Assembly (NCBI GenBank): GCA_053919585.1
Contig: CM132806.1
Source: Euprymna scolopes
Taxonomy: Eukaryota
Length of the DNA: 64,000 nucleotides
Strand: one strand, 5' to 3'
The notes beneath the pieces were generated by a model that saw only the letters and a program-made list of their open reading frames with translations, had not been told where the DNA came from and ran no database searches. Below are positions 25,890 through 40,632 of the stretch, in pieces; position 1 is the stretch's first letter, and every line of letters starts with the position of its first letter. Both the position numbers and the translations under genes were made by a program.

Positions 25890-26129
25890 CAGAATAACAT
25901 CAATATAGTCAGTTTTAAAGCCAAACAAAGGGAACCTATAGTTAGCCGCTTTTACCGAACTCTCTTCAGCATCTCTTAATGTCTGCGTGGCTGAAAATAT
26001 CTCATATGTTTTAATTTTCTTAAAAATCGAGCTCCATGTTGGGGTTTTCTCCCACTATCGTAACCCAAACGCAAACACACAGACACGCGCGTACACGCAC
26101 ACACAGACACGCGCGTACACAGACACGCG

Positions 26130-26197
<68 letters not shown>

Positions 26198-26199
<2 letters not shown>

Positions 26200-27005
26200 A
26201 GATGTCTTCAATAAGGTTACAAATTTTTTTTGTACAGACATTTTAAATTATTGTAGATTCTTGAAAATTGAGTATGTTATTGCTATACATTTTATGAGAT
26301 GACTGAATAACTTTTATAACTTCAGGTTCAAATGAACAGCCATAGCACGAATTGAAATACACCCTACTAAAGCCTGATTGTAACAGCTGGTGAATTTCAA
26401 AAATGCAATCTGGACGTGAGGACATTTTAGAAGAACGATATGCAATAATATTTTGTGTGAAACTTCCAAAAATGTCACAGAAACGTATGGAATACTCCAG
26501 ACTGCTTTTGGACCATATTTAGGCATGATATAAGAGACTCAAGGAAGGTAAGGTATCTGTGAGGTATGATGAGAAGTGTGGGTGGAGTAAAGAAGTCAGA
26601 AAACTAGAGTTAATTGGCCTAATAAAAAATTTCATATATAAAACTGTTGTGTGTCTATAGAGACAATAGGTGACCAGTTTTATGTAAGTGTGGGAACTGT
26701 ACAATTTCAGAACTCCATCCTTGTCACAGACTATTTGACTATAATCGGCATTAAGATGGTTGATCACCCTCTCTATAGTCCAACTCATTGTTCTCTGTGA
26801 CTTCTCTGAGACAATTGAGGAGATGAAAGAAGCTGTGATGATGATAATTAACACGATCACGCAAGAGAATTCCAGAAGTTGTTGCAACAATACAACAAGT
26901 GCATTGCAGCCGAAGATGATTACTTCGAAGGAGACTAGAGTTTCATGTGTGCATAAGTAATAAAAGTGCCCATACGAAAAAAAGTCTGGAAACTTATTAA
27001 AGACA
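26198..27005 (+). mobile_element. mariner element, internally deleted
   Basis: TIR-like ends (gtcttcaataag / cttattaaagac). HTH region at 26420-26640 and a C-terminal HPLYSP...CDF...ETIEEMKEAV remnant. Confidence 0.8.
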
Positions 27006-27624
27006 GTTTGTTCACATAAAATATAGTACAAATCCCTTCCTGTTGAACATTGTTTCAAAGGTCGACTATAGCTGTCCGCTTCCTTAACACATGTATAGGG
27101 TTTATTTCTCTTCTCATATATATCTATAACCAGCAGGACTGGTGTCCTGGTTGTTTCAGGCGAAAATATGGCATAAACCAACAATTACGTAACAGAAAAG
27201 TGGGATCATTTAGGAGGTTGCACAGTTTAGCTTGAGATATGCTCAATATGTTTTAAGTGTTTACTTTGTTGTTTAATGTTTTAGTGGCGTGAGTTTATGT
27301 TCTTCAATTTTTTATTTTTACAAAGGTGATAAACTCCCTTTTACTTACTTTGTAGAATAGTTAACAGTCGAGACATTGTAAAAAGTAACTACAAAAACAA
27401 ATGACTTATTCAAACGCGGTAGAATTTAATTATCTGTCGAGCTGTATATTTTTAACATGATGAAACTATGAAAACAATTGGTTGCTTTTCGCTTAACTAG
27501 AGAGGCGGCTTAATTACGTAAACGTTGTAACGGAATTTTTTATCTTCTTAAAAGAAGCTATTGGGATGGGAAACTATATTACAATGCGGTATTATAATAG
27601 TAAAATGATGAGACCACTACACCA

Positions 27625-29278
27625 ACGAGTCAAACGAACTGGAACAATTCCAGTAAAGCAACTGGTCCTGACGGCATTCCACTTATAGTACTCAAAAAGC
27701 TTCAACCAGAACTAGCGCCGATACTTACAGTTATTTAAGCGTTGTCTTAATGAGAAACGCTTCCCAACATCTTGGAAAATCTCATCAGTACGCCCTGTAT
27801 TTAATAATTTAGGTGATAGCTCATCTACCTATCAGTACAGACCAATAAGTCTCCTGTGCATCATGAGTAAGCTGCTGAATTTGTGTTAAATAGAGCAGTA
27901 GTCAACCATCTCAGCAAAAATAAACTTTCTCAGTGACGTGTAATATGGTTCCCGTTCTGCTAGATCTACAGCAGATGTGCTTACAGTTATATCTCATAGG
28001 ATCAGCAAATCTCTCGACGGAGGCTTCCTCTCTAGGGCAATTGCTCTTGACATATCAAAGGCTTTTGATAAGGTATGGCATAAAGGTCTACTTCACAAGA
28101 TCTACAGCTATGGTATAGCTGGAAATGTCTTCTCGATTATTAAATCATTTCTCACTGATAGGTTCGTAAGAATAGTGGTAGATGGGCAAAAATCAGAAGC
28201 TCTCTATATTAATACTGGAGTCCCTCAGGGGTCCATCCTTGACTGAACTCTCTTCCTGATCTATATTAATAATCTTCAAAATCACATCCTTACATCATTA
28301 GTAGAAATTTATGCTAACGACACTACCATCTATGATAGCACATCAAAGATCGTAAACGATCAAGTTCTCTCAGATTCTCTCTCCTCTGATTTTCAGCATG
28401 TGGTACAATGGGGAAAGAGGTGGCTGATTACTTTTAATGCATCTAAAACCAAGCTTTTATCTCTACATCATCTACGCTCTGATACCAATCTGGCATCAAT
28501 TGAAATAAATGGCTCTCGTCTTGGGGGGGCTTCATATTTTGACAAGCTTCTGGGCTTGATCTTTACTCCTGACCTGAAATGGATGCGTATATCAAATCCA
28601 TTGCCAAGGTTTCTGGAAAATTGTGGGATCCTTCTACCGCTCCAGTAGATATCTCACTCCTGATGCAATTCTCTACCTATATAAAAGCAAAGTACATCCA
28701 ATGATGGATTACTGTTGCCACATCTGGGCAGAAGCTGCTAAAAGCAGCTTATTCTGCCTTAACAGAGTTCAAAATAGACTTCGTAGCTTAGTGTGGGATG
28801 CCTTTTTCTCTTCCCTGCAACTTCTTTCCCACAGAAGAGACGGTGCGAGCCTGTTACTGCTTTATTGTTATTTTCATGGCAAGTGCTCATCTGAACTCCG
28901 ATCTATGCCCCCCCGCTGCCAAACTCTCACGAAAAACACTCGTATGGCCGAAACCACTATCAATAATTTCCCACACTCCTCGTCTGTAATTAAACCTGAA
29001 TGTAGATCCCACGAACAAAGCTTCTTTCTGTTTTAGAACTGCACGCCTGTGGAATTCTCTTCCGATTGCCTGCTTTCCCGCTGACTACAACCTGATTGTT
29101 TTTAAGTCCAACGTAAACAAATTCTTGATGAACCGCTCCCTAAGTAATCCAATTTATAAAAATTCCCACTACTTATGTTTACTACGCTATAATCACATTG
29201 ACTAATGTATGCCCATTAACACTTATCCTCGAGTAGCCTCCGGACTTTGATAAGTGATGATTTCTATTTAAAAAAAAG
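27625..29278 (+). mobile_element. CR1-group LINE, RT domain to 3' end, decayed
   Basis: KATGPDGIP, YRPISLL, ALDISKAFDKVWH, GVPQGS, IYANDTT and YCCHIWA motifs, then the family 3' tail and an A-run. Confidence 0.93.
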
Positions 29279-29289
29279 GATCAAACGAA

Positions 29290-29620
29290 ACAAGCCATTT
29301 TACCTCAATCAACAATTGAATTCAAGTCCTGATTACCTATATAGTCAACACTGATCAGAGGTAGATAGACGAGAAGCAACAGGAGAATAAAGCGTGATAT
29401 CATCAGCAAAGGCGTAGATTTTTTAAATAATATTTTCTGGAAGATCATTGATATAGAAAAGAAACACTTGAGCCTAAAATGAAGACCTGAGCAACACTAG
29501 CATTGATAGAAAAAACTGAATGAAGAAACACCAACCAGAGTTATTCGATCATAAATAAAACACGTCATGTCAAGAACGTTACCACAAATACCACCATCAT
29601 GAATTTATGAAGATGTCTAA
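29290..29620 (-). mobile_element. LINE RT fragment (another subfamily)
   Basis: Minus strand gives FYINDL and FADDITL motifs at about 29390-29460. Confidence 0.6.
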
Positions 29621-29774
29621 GAACTCGATTAACTTCTCCCGAAATTAGCGCAGCTGTTTGTTCATTATGTCAATTTGATTGTCAAATTTGAATAATGGTA
29701 AGGAAATTCCTGAAACTGAATGACTATACAATGAAATAAAATAGCGAATGAAAGAAACATACTCAGATGATTAA

Positions 29775-29827
<53 letters not shown>

Positions 29828-30809
29828 GGTAATGAAACAGAAAAGTCTAGTCTAGTACACAGACAATAAGACGGAGAAAATTATCAGGTCATCATTTTGA
29901 TAAAATTAAGGTATTTTTCTAATGTATTTAATATAGGTAAGGTGTCTGAAAAAATATCGAGAGTCTTGGGACTGGTAATGCTTTTAAATTAAATTTGTGA
30001 TATTACCGCAAGAGTATTTTCACAGTAATCGAATGCCATTTCTTATCACTTTCTGCGACCCACAACGCATAAAAATGAGTTTTCTTTGTAATAATCTAGG
30101 GCTACAAAAATCATATGGAGAAAGATCGTACGAATAAGGTGGCTGTTTAATTATTTTTTTATTCATTTCTGGATCTTTCAGAGTGAAAAATCAATGGTAA
30201 ACTTTGATTTGCAAAACGTTGATTTCATTAGCATATTTTATACTGCCAGTTCTAATCAACAATTATCTAACCAAAACTGCATCGCGTAGATTGAGATAAT
30301 AATCTTGAATGTGTGCCCAATTATACTTTGGTAAGATTGACTCAAAAAATTTGGAAATGTTGGGCATTTCTTTTTTTGTTTTTTTTTTTACAGTCAGTAT
30401 CAGTTGGCATCTACGATCTTTCAAAATTCGAATGTTATTTTGGCGTCTATATTAGGAGACATTTTTCAATCATACTCATATATAGTAGGTATAATAATAT
30501 CGATATTAAATGTAATCCATAGAACAATAATAAATATAAATTAAAAATGGAAGAAAAAGAAACATCGTTGGTTTTATCCCATCCTATTACCAGATGCAAA
30601 CACGAAACTTTACAAAAAAAAAAATATAAATTTATTGAAACTTACTTTCCAGTTATTAATTTTTCATGCAAAATATTCAAAGAAAAAAACTTAAATTCTC
30701 CTATAGAAAAAAAAATGGAAACGACACTAAGCCTTTGCGGGATGAACTAACTGCCTTCTAAGGAGGAAGTTTCATGGCAGTATGAAATTCACAAGCGACC
30801 CTCAGTCGC

Positions 30810-30863
<54 letters not shown>

Positions 30864-31525
30864 GCTATTAAATCTTATAAAGGATAATCAATGCAAATCT
30901 ATTGAATGAGATTAGTAAAGGAAAAAGTACTTTAAAATGATAAGTATAACAATACAAATAACAATAAATAATAATAATATAATCGATAAAAGAATAATAA
31001 CAATCGATAAATGGTAATAAGAACATTTATGGTGAAGAGAAATAATAATTGTAAAACTCGTGCACATTGTCAATTGCAATATAATTGCTAAACGAAAAGT
31101 ATCATTTAGTAAGCCATGATATTTGTACACGAAATTCGAATCGAAAAGTACTTTAGGAAAACAATTTTTTAGAAGTTAAAACTGCTTATGAGAAAAAAAA
31201 GCACATTCAATAAAGTACACAGACTAAAAAACATAACTAACTAATAAAATATTCCGATCAGTACACATGGATATGAATAAGAAATTGTAAAATTTAAATA
31301 TCCAGTAAAATTACTAAATTGTAGAAGTGATATAATAACTCGCTGTAGACACAGAATTAGCTTTACCTTAGGATATCTATAAAAATAGTAAATAAACAAT
31401 TAAATAAATTAAATTGATAACTACCGATAGTCAGTGGATTCAAACCTAGTCACAAAGTCATCCTTGAAACCGTGTTCTAATATTACACAATATATATATC
31501 TCTCTCTCACACACTTTCACACACG

Positions 31526-31565
<40 letters not shown>

Positions 31566-31567
<2 letters not shown>

Positions 31568-33050
31568 GTCCTGGTCAAAATCATAAGACCACTTAAGAAA
31601 GTAAGCGTTTACGCATAATATCGAATTTTTAATCAAACAAATGGTTGAAACCATTGCCAAAAGGGAAAGATGATGGAAAAAAGTAAATCTGCTTCATTCG
31701 AAACCTTAACCCTGATCTAATAATTATTTTTTAAGAAACAAACATTTTCACCTGGTCAAAATGATAAGACCACTTTAATAAAATCGGCTAGTTTTGAAAA
31801 AATGAATACAAAAAGCTTTATGGTACTAAAGGCAACTTGTTAGTGGATAAAAAACATCTTAACAAATTATAAATGGCAAAAGGGAAACCATTATTAGAGT
31901 TTGAGAGAGGAAGGATCTTTGAGCTTAATAGGGGTGGACTCTCCCATAGATCCATTGCAAACGAAGTGTATCGTAGCAAAACGGTCATCACAAAGTTTTT
32001 AAGAAATCCAGATCAATATGGGCACAAAAAGAGTCCAGGTCTACCAAAAAAAAAAAAAAAAAAAAAACCAATAACTGGATCGCCGTATCAGAAGAAGTTA
32101 AAAAAAACTCCAGTATGAGCTCAAGTCGATTTAAAAGCCAAACAGCAGCAGAATGTAGTCCTAAAACCATCAGAAGGCATCTGAAAATGAAGGGTTTCAA
32201 TCATTTAAAGCAACTGCAGAAACCACATCTTCTTGAACAGTACAAAACTAACCGACTTAAATATGCCGCCAAATACCAGACTTGGGATGAAGACAAGTGG
32301 GAAAATGTAATTTTCTCCGATGAGAAAAAGTTTAATCTAAATGGTCCAGATGGATTTAGCCACTATTAGCATGATAAAAATCTGCCCAAAGACTTTTTCA
32401 ACTCGGCATAGTGGAGGAGGGTATTTAATGATCTGGGGTGTTTTCTCGTCAGCTGGGACCCTAAAGTTGCAAGTAGTGAAAGGCCGGCAAACATCATTGA
32501 AGTACATTTCAATGCTTGAAAATGCTTCTATCAGGACTGAAGGTCCACGTCTGTGTGGAAGAACTTGGATTTTCCAGCAAAACAGCGCTGCGATACACAC
32601 TTCTCGACAAGCACGAGCATACATTTCTTCAAATAATATCGAATTGTTAGATCATCCAGCATGTTCTCCGGACCTCAATCCCATTGAAAATCTTTGAGGA
32701 TGGATGGCAAAGAAGTGTTCAAAGATGGAACTCAGTATGATTCGATAAAGGAACTTTCTGATTCAGTGTTCAGTACATGGGATAAAATTCCTTCGCATCT
32801 GATAAAAATCTCAGTCGCAAGCATGCCGAAGAGAATTTTTGAAGTAATTCGTAATAATGTAGACTATAGTAAATACTGAGACGTTTTAAGTAATTTATAA
32901 TTGCCTTTTGTTAGATAAATTATCAGTGGTCTTATCATTTTGACCAGATGAAAATGTTTATTTATTTTTTAAATAATTATTAGATCAGGGTTAAGGTTTC
33001 GAATGAAGTAGATTTCATTTTTTTCCCATCATATTTTCCTTTTTGGCAAT
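31566..33050 (+). mobile_element. Tc1/Tc3-like DD34E transposon with long IR/DR ends; transposase pseudogene 31873-32879
   Basis: MAKGKPL..ERGRI HTH, VIFSDEKKFNLNGPDG and WIFQQNSAAIH...SPDLNPIENL. Repeat ctggtcaaaat.ataagaccact occurs at 31571 and 31752 and inverted at 32925-32947. The right IR is truncated and there are frameshifts. Confidence 0.92.
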
Positions 33051-33059
33051 TATCAACGT

Positions 33060-33876
33060 ATACTTACGCAGATAGAGATGAAAAGTCTTTATTAAAGTTT
33101 GTGCCTATTTCCATTCTATGGGGGCTAGGCGCTAACGCAGACCCCACAATTTTATTATAACATCCCTATTTAAGTTAAAACATACTTATCAAATTATTAT
33201 TATGTACATCTATATCAAAAACACTTGTAAACGATTTTTTTTAATTGTTAAATTTTTTATTTCCATACTTTGTGGACCAAGCGCGTACGCAAACCCCACA
33301 ATTTTAATTAATCATCATTATACCAGATAAAACATACCCATTCCTGTGTCTCGATACATCTTCTATCATTATATGTGATCAGTTTTCTATAATAGTCAGC
33401 CATATAGGAGCCTATTCGTGACCAGACACACACACAGACGTCCAGCTTCACATTATACTAGCAAAAGTACCCGTTGTTGACTGGGTCAAAAAACAGCCTA
33501 CAGAAAATGAACTCTTTTATGAAAGTATGATAGGTTATGAAAAGAAAGGTTTTAAAGAGATAGCTTCGAATTTGGGGGTATCAAAAACCAAAGCCAAATA
33601 TGATGAAAGTAAAAATAAAATAGATAAACCCCATAATTTATTATACCATACCTGTTTACACTGAAACACTTATCCCAATTTTTTTTATTTCCATACTTTG
33701 TGGACCAGGCGCGAACGCAGACCCCACAATTTTAATGAACCACTGTTCCGCCAGATCAAACATACCCATTCCTGTGTCTCGATACATTTTCTATCATCAT
33801 ATGTAATCAGTATTCTATAATAGTCAACCATATAGAAGTCTATTCGTGACCAGACACCACACACACAGACGTTCAG

Positions 33877-33885
<9 letters not shown>
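33060..33885 (-). mobile_element. Two head-to-tail non-autonomous Helitron-like copies
   Basis: About 33255-33450 is duplicated at about 33685-33880. CTAG and a weak hairpin lie at the junction (33458-33485). Confidence 0.6.
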
Positions 33886-33944
<59 letters not shown>

Positions 33945-33947
<3 letters not shown>

Positions 33948-34199
33948 AGAGAGATATTTAGAAAGCTATCACAATGCGAGAAATGGAATGTAGTCGGTGT
34001 TGAGGAAAAAAGACAAAAACAACTGACAATTTGCAAATCAATAATATATACATATATTTATTCAATTGAATTAATATATGTATATATAGACATATATGTA
34101 TATATTATTGCTTTTCAAATTGTCAGTTGATTTCGCCTTTTTACCTCAACACCGACTACATTCCATTTCTCGCATTGTGATAGGCTTCTAAATCTCTTG
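33945..34199. repeat. About 250-bp foldback/MITE (long inverted repeat)
   Basis: ctatcacaatgcgagaaatggaatgtagtcggtgttgagg (33966-34005) pairs perfectly with 34144-34183. Each arm extends about 100 bp. Confidence 0.9.
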
Positions 34200-34271
34200 T
34201 ACATAACTATTCTATATAATGCTTCAAGCAAACTACATCTCATTGTGTGTGTGTCTGTGTGTTTCTGTATA

Positions 34272-34343
34272 GCAGCCGTATAGCGTAATGGTGAGTAGCC
34301 TTGACTGTCATTTGGAGGGTCTGGCTTCGATTCTGGTTTGAAG
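34272..34343 (+). pseudogene. tRNA-derived sequence (SINE head or pseudo-tRNA, Asp-like GTC loop)
   Basis: A-box tagcgtaatgg, loop ctgtcat, B-box-like cttcgattc. The acceptor stem pairs poorly. Confidence 0.55.
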
Positions 34344-36408
34344 CAGTTGCCTTTCTAGCCGCACTGATAAGCTGCGAAACAGTTCTGTACTTTCTTTCTT
34401 TGTTTAGCGTTTGTTGCTGTTATTGTTTTTAAACAAAGAAGACGCTCCTGAAAAAAAAAAAAATAAAAGTAAAAACTTGCAGTTTAACGTTTTTTCGGAT
34501 GATATGTTGAAGTGAATTAAACAGTCGATATGAAAATTAATACATACTATACAAAACTATATATATACTAGCATACGGCATTTCCCGGTTGTAAACTACG
34601 CTTAAATATGATATATTAATTAATGGAAATTTCGTATTTATTATAATATACAGGGTGACCCCCCCCAAAATAAAACAAAAGCTAAATGGAGGCCATCTTA
34701 TTAATTAAAATGAAGTGTAAACGAATATGCAAATAAGCTAGATCCTTTGCAGATGAATACAATTTCATGACAATATATAACAAAGTTGTATTTTCTATTA
34801 AAATAAATAGAAAAAAAAGTTTTTTATAATGAATATCAATACACATAAAAAACAAATTAATAGGTATATATATATATATATATATATATATTTAATGGTT
34901 ATATCGATCGGTTGTAGATCCAATGAAACTCGCGTGATTATCAAAGAGTGCTCAATACAGGACAGAACAAGAAAATTACGGTTCTAAACTATTAAGATGA
35001 GGATTGATTATTCATATTATTTAGTTCCTGGGTATATGTCCTATGTAATTCACTATTGTATTCTCAGGTATAGCCCACACTGAGAACTGAACCTTTCAGC
35101 GTCCAGAAGAGGGTAACTTACAACTGAATTCGAACAAGTATTCTATCCACTACGCCACGGGTCTTTTCCCCAATTCATGGCTGATGGAATAGGAGCATGC
35201 TACCACCATGGATTAAATATAGGGTCCCGTCCGAAATTTCATGCAGATCCCCAAGTTCGACAGAAAGATTCCCGAGTTCGACAAGATGCATCTGGAGAAG
35301 GTCGAAGGTACCATCGACAGGAAGTTGTGTAAAAAACGTTCAAGATAAGAAAAGTAGATAACAGATAAGAAAAGGTGAACGACTTGAATTATTTCTTTCG
35401 TCTGGTATGCAAGTTCTTTGTTTTTAGTTTTACTTGTCTCTTACATCGCGCCCGTATTTCTTTGCAAGCAGAACCGAACTTCTTCGCAAACCCCCCACAT
35501 GGGGGCAGAAAGAGGAAACCACAAACGACGCCATTTTGTCCTCTCTGTGTAATTAACTTCTGCCATCTTCTTCAGTTTTCTTTTCCGCGTTTCTTTTCTA
35601 CTTCCCCGTCACATTTTTTTTTTCAGCCAGATCTCAATTCAGATGCGTAAGCCGCATGTGAATTCTTCGTTCAGATTACAATTATTGTGTGTCTCTCTCT
35701 TGGGGACTTCGTATATTAATGGAACATCCCTGTGCAATTGTGTTTCAGTCAAAAGATGAAACGTCATTGTGTTTACAACTGGCATCGACGAATTCGGAAA
35801 CACGCCATGTGCCGCATAATTAAAATGCCTCGGGATCTTTCGGGATCTTCCCATTTATATAAATAAAATAGAGATTAAATAGATGCAAAGTATACATTTC
35901 TTATGTATTCTTTGTATTCTACAATGTTTTTCTCTTGGATATTGTGTTTCTATTTTATATAAATAAAAGCTGGGAAAAAGGTTTCCTACATTTCTACCAG
36001 ACTTTAGCACAGAATATTTCTATCTTGCATATACCTAATAGGTCATTCAGTGCTGGCGGCATTGTGTCAATGTGGTGCAGTTAGATTTATTTGGTTGTTC
36101 TGGTTTACGGCATATAGACCCTTTTCGAGTTATTTAGTGCCCAGTCATGNNNNNNNNNNNNNNNNNNNNNNNNNNNNNNNNNNNNNNNNNNNNNNNNNNN
36201 NNNNNNNNNNNNNNNNNNNNNNNNNNNNNNNNNNNNNNNNNNNNNNNNNNNNNNNNNNNNNNNNNNNNNNNNNNNNNNNNNNNNNNNNNNGTTCCGCCAT
36301 AACAACTAAGTTGCGCGGAAATCCACACAGATCATGTGTTTTGTTATAGTGGTGTATGACCAATCACACTTTTTGGTATTACTGCTAACCTTCGTTGGTG
36401 TAGATAAC

Positions 36409-36471
<63 letters not shown>

Positions 36472-37289
36472 AATATTTATTTATGGAGTTTAGTTACTTG
36501 TTATGTTTGACGGGATATTAGCACATTTCGGGCAATTTAATGCCGAATATAGCCATTTTAAAAAGGAAGATAAACCTTCGACAAACTGAATGACTCAGGA
36601 AGTAATGACGGAAACATGTTAGCATATATAGTATTGCGTCCACAGTTTGTGGAGAGGGAGGCGGATGCAGTTACTTGTGACCAGTTTGTGTTCAGAAGTT
36701 TCGTTACGTTAGAACAAGGAAAAATGCAGGTGTTAGTGTAATTGCAAGACTTGATAGTGGATGCAGTAAGTTCGGGTATTTCTCATATTACTAACCGACA
36801 GAGCATTATCAGTTTCAAGCATAAGAAGATTTAAACAGACACATGCATACATTGTAATAATATATACAAGTGAAACTGATCAGTGCGAGTTAAAAACGTG
36901 AGTTGCATCGAGAGGACTGATATTAAAATGGACGCATCTTTAGTGTGCATTTTTATTTATCCCGATCTTTTTAAAATTTGTTTTCGAAATTATTTTGACC
37001 AATTTCGTTTTCATCACTTCTGTTAATGCTGAGAACAAACAATAAAAAAACGTTATTGAAAAGTATCCCCGCTAATTAATATCTCACATTTTCACCGGCA
37101 TAATAAAAGGGATTTTAAGCTTTGTTCGTTATTAAATTTAAATAATTCATATCGTTTGTAAATTAATTAATCAGAACAATATTAATATTACGAAAGAGAT
37201 CTGCATCATCAAGAATCATCGATAATTAATTAAACTAATACTATTGCCGCTGATTTTGTACTACTACTACTAAGAATAATAATAATACT

Positions 37290-37329
<40 letters not shown>

Positions 37330-38236
37330 CCTGGTTCTACAAAATCAGGTTGTCTGAAGATACCGGCTTCCTGAGCTAAAATGCACCAAATATTGGTGTC
37401 ATTCTCTTTTTCCTTTTTGTAACGTAATACACACGCTTTCAACCGCGTAAACTTGTAGACACGGGGACTCAACACGTTGTAGCAAAGTACGTCGCAGGGA
37501 ATACAAGACAAATAATAACTCTACTCCTTTTTTGTAACAACGACATTTATATCAAGGTACTTTCCCGAATAAAACGTGATCGTTTTCATTCACTCTTTTC
37601 TCTATCCTCTCGAACGTTATCGTCTGTACGTGCATACGTATTTATTTAATAGTCTTTTTCCCATACCGTGACGTCATTTCGCACACGGCTCGGCATTTGC
37701 GTTCAGTTACACGTTCCCTTTGCGAAACTCAATCATATTCAGTAAAACAATTTTCCTCTCTTCCTTTCTTTTTTTCTCTCCTCTTCCCAATTTTTCTCCC
37801 CAAATGGGACCAACAATGATCCGTGGTTGGTAAGCAGTGACACTTAAGATTGAGATCCTGAAAGGCTGGGCAGTGCGATACTCGCAAAAGTTGATATGTA
37901 CACTATAGCACTTCACTTTGAGACTTACATGGGCTAAACGGGTGGTGGGGAGAGGTCCGGTCCGATCAATCGGCTGGTCACGACAAGCCACCCCCATATA
38001 CTCACAACAATTAATATTTCTATTCCAATCCCCATGAATAAATGTAACGATTGCTTACACGCACAAAATATGGTGGAAAACGGTGGCTGAAAGCCAATTG
38101 GTTATTTAAAGACATAAGAAACTTGAAGCATAACATTCTTTTTTTTTTCAAAATAACCGGATTTGGCATTAAATATCCCGAAAGGGGTGTTTATGTCATA
38201 AAACAAAACAACCAAATTAAACCAAAATACTACTAT

Positions 38237-38299
<63 letters not shown>

Positions 38300-38305
<6 letters not shown>

Positions 38306-38425
38306 CAAGAATTTTTCATACTGACCTCCATCGAATATTTCTCTCTGTACACAACCTGTGATGTTCTCTGGAGTCTGGTTGACAAGAAGCCTTCCAAGAT
38401 ATCCAGTATTCTCCACCTCTTTTGA
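38300..38425 (-). mobile_element. RLE-type non-LTR 3' terminus with (TAA/TAG)n tail, degenerate
   Basis: Sits next to the (TAC)n/(TAT)n run at 38228-38303 and resembles the C-terminus/3' UTR of this clade. Weak. Confidence 0.35.
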
Positions 38426-38700
38426 GAACCTTTATAGATTAATTTGCCTGATCACAACATTGATTTCTTGATGTCAAAGGCCATTTGTCTTCACTGGATC
38501 TTGGTTGGCAATAAGCATCCCAAAGGTGCCAATCCTCTTCTCACTCACCCAGTGGAAATCTGGTTAGTGCTCCCTCTCCTCGGTCTTTCCATTCTGCTTG
38601 ACCCTTCACGACCATTTGGCGTGGTGCCAGTTTATGCCGTTGCTACAAATTTTTTTTGAGAGGGAAAGCTTAACGTTATTATTATTATTATTATTATTAT

Positions 38701-38741
<41 letters not shown>

Positions 38742-40127
38742 TGTCGAGCACTGACACCACGGTATCAAACCCGCTTAAACAGATCTTCCTTATTAAATTT
38801 AAATAATAGCATTTTCTAAGGTAATTAATAAAATCAATATTAATATTTCGAAAGGCATATGTATAATTAATATTCACTGATAACACTTCTGTAAATTAGT
38901 CAAAGTAATACTACTAAAAGAATTGAAGTCACTTCAAATCGAGATACCCACTTAGTGATGTATGATTAAAAAGACTCGAACCATTGGCCATTTCGCGATG
39001 AACAAAGTGTAATATCTGTTTTGATACTGTACTTTATCTTTACTGCCCTCGTTCAGTGAAGAAGGCATCCTTGAAAACACAGACAATTATCATTTTGACC
39101 GAATCAAGAGTGACCTTTTTCCAGATGCTGGATTTTAATCACATTATTATCAAACTTGTGTCTAACTATGACCTCGTGTGAATGGCAGGTTAATAAAGAC
39201 TAAAGTATTCCGTTGGTGGGAGATTAACAGTGGATTTACAGTGATAAATGATTGCTGTTCTTTTTAATATCTTTCTTTTAGAATACAATTTTTAAACACT
39301 AGCTAAAATACGCTTCATTTGGTCTCATATCTTTGCTAACTTATACGATGCATATAATGTGTTTAATTGCTAATGAATATCCAACTGCGGTAATTGATTT
39401 TATGTTGTAATTATTTATATCATCACTCCTCTTTTTATTCATATTATAAACCAAGAGTTAAGTCATAAATCTATGACGTCATGCCGAAGCTATAATTATT
39501 TCGTTAAGCAATATTCATAAGAAGGTTTATATATTTGTAGACAGTTTTGGTACAATTCTTTTAGATTTTACTAGTAATGATTTATTTTTCTGATGTTCAG
39601 TTAAAAATAATACATATATATAAAGTAAACTGAGAATTCCCCCCATTTGATTGACTGATACATACTCACAAACGGAACCTACATACCGAGAACTTTCGAC
39701 ACAAGTCGGTCGGTATCACGAAAAATTTTATGCTTTTATTTTATGTTGTCGATTTTTTATATTTACTCGTTTCTGATTTGCTTACTGATGTTAAAGAGAA
39801 TGCTAGGAGATAACTTTCTCTCGGTTTCAACTACTCTTCCGCAACCCATTGCATCACAAGGGAGTTTTCCTCAAGACATTTTAATAATATATATACAGCG
39901 CGCCTCTAACATTATTTTTTACTAAGAACAAACTATCTAAAACACTCTGCATTACTTTTGCTTTACGTTGAAAGCAAACGCATAGTTCAGCTTTGGTCGT
40001 ACAATTTCGTTATGACGACAAGTAGAAATTAAAATATTTTTATTATTCTTTATTTTCTATTTTTAATAACATTTATTAGCATTCAAATTAATGTTCGTTT
40101 ATTTTATTTATTTTTTTAAATTATATT

Positions 40128-40632
40128 TTCACCCCAAACAAGGCGCATTGCCACTTTGGTGTAGGGGGCTACAATCAGGGGCAGCAACTACTGGGGCAAT
40201 ATAACGGATTTGGGAAGCAAGATGTCGGTTCACGTTACACTTGAACTTCTGCGTATCAGTACAGTTGGGGAAGCAGGAACTTGGAATGGAATTCCAGAGT
40301 CTAGCGGTTCTGGGGAGAAACTACTGGAGTAGAAAGATATTTTACATCTGGGGATCTCTACTGTGTGGGGGTGGGATTTAGCTGCCTGTCGGGTTTGTCG
40401 AGAGTGTCTACGTCGTGGGGCACAAGTGTCTGCAGTTCGTCAGAGCATTCACCATTAAAATACTTGTAGAACAGACAGAGGGATGCAACGTTTCGTCGAT
40501 GGGACAGAGGCTGAAGCTTAGATGCCAGTTCAGGGCCTATCAGATTGGCGACTCTTTTTTTAACCTTGTCTAGGAGCGAGAGACTAGTAGCAGATGCACC
40601 AGCCCAAATGTGACAACAATACTCCATACATG
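40128..40632 (-). mobile_element. CR1-group LINE 3' end (second subfamily)
   Basis: MEYCCHIWAGAS...LQPLSHRRNVASLCLFYKYF in ORF 40358-40789. Confidence 0.88.

Noticed and set aside
34272-34343. Functional tRNA-Asp gene
   Set aside because: The acceptor and T stems pair poorly and the B-box is altered, so it is treated as a derived copy.
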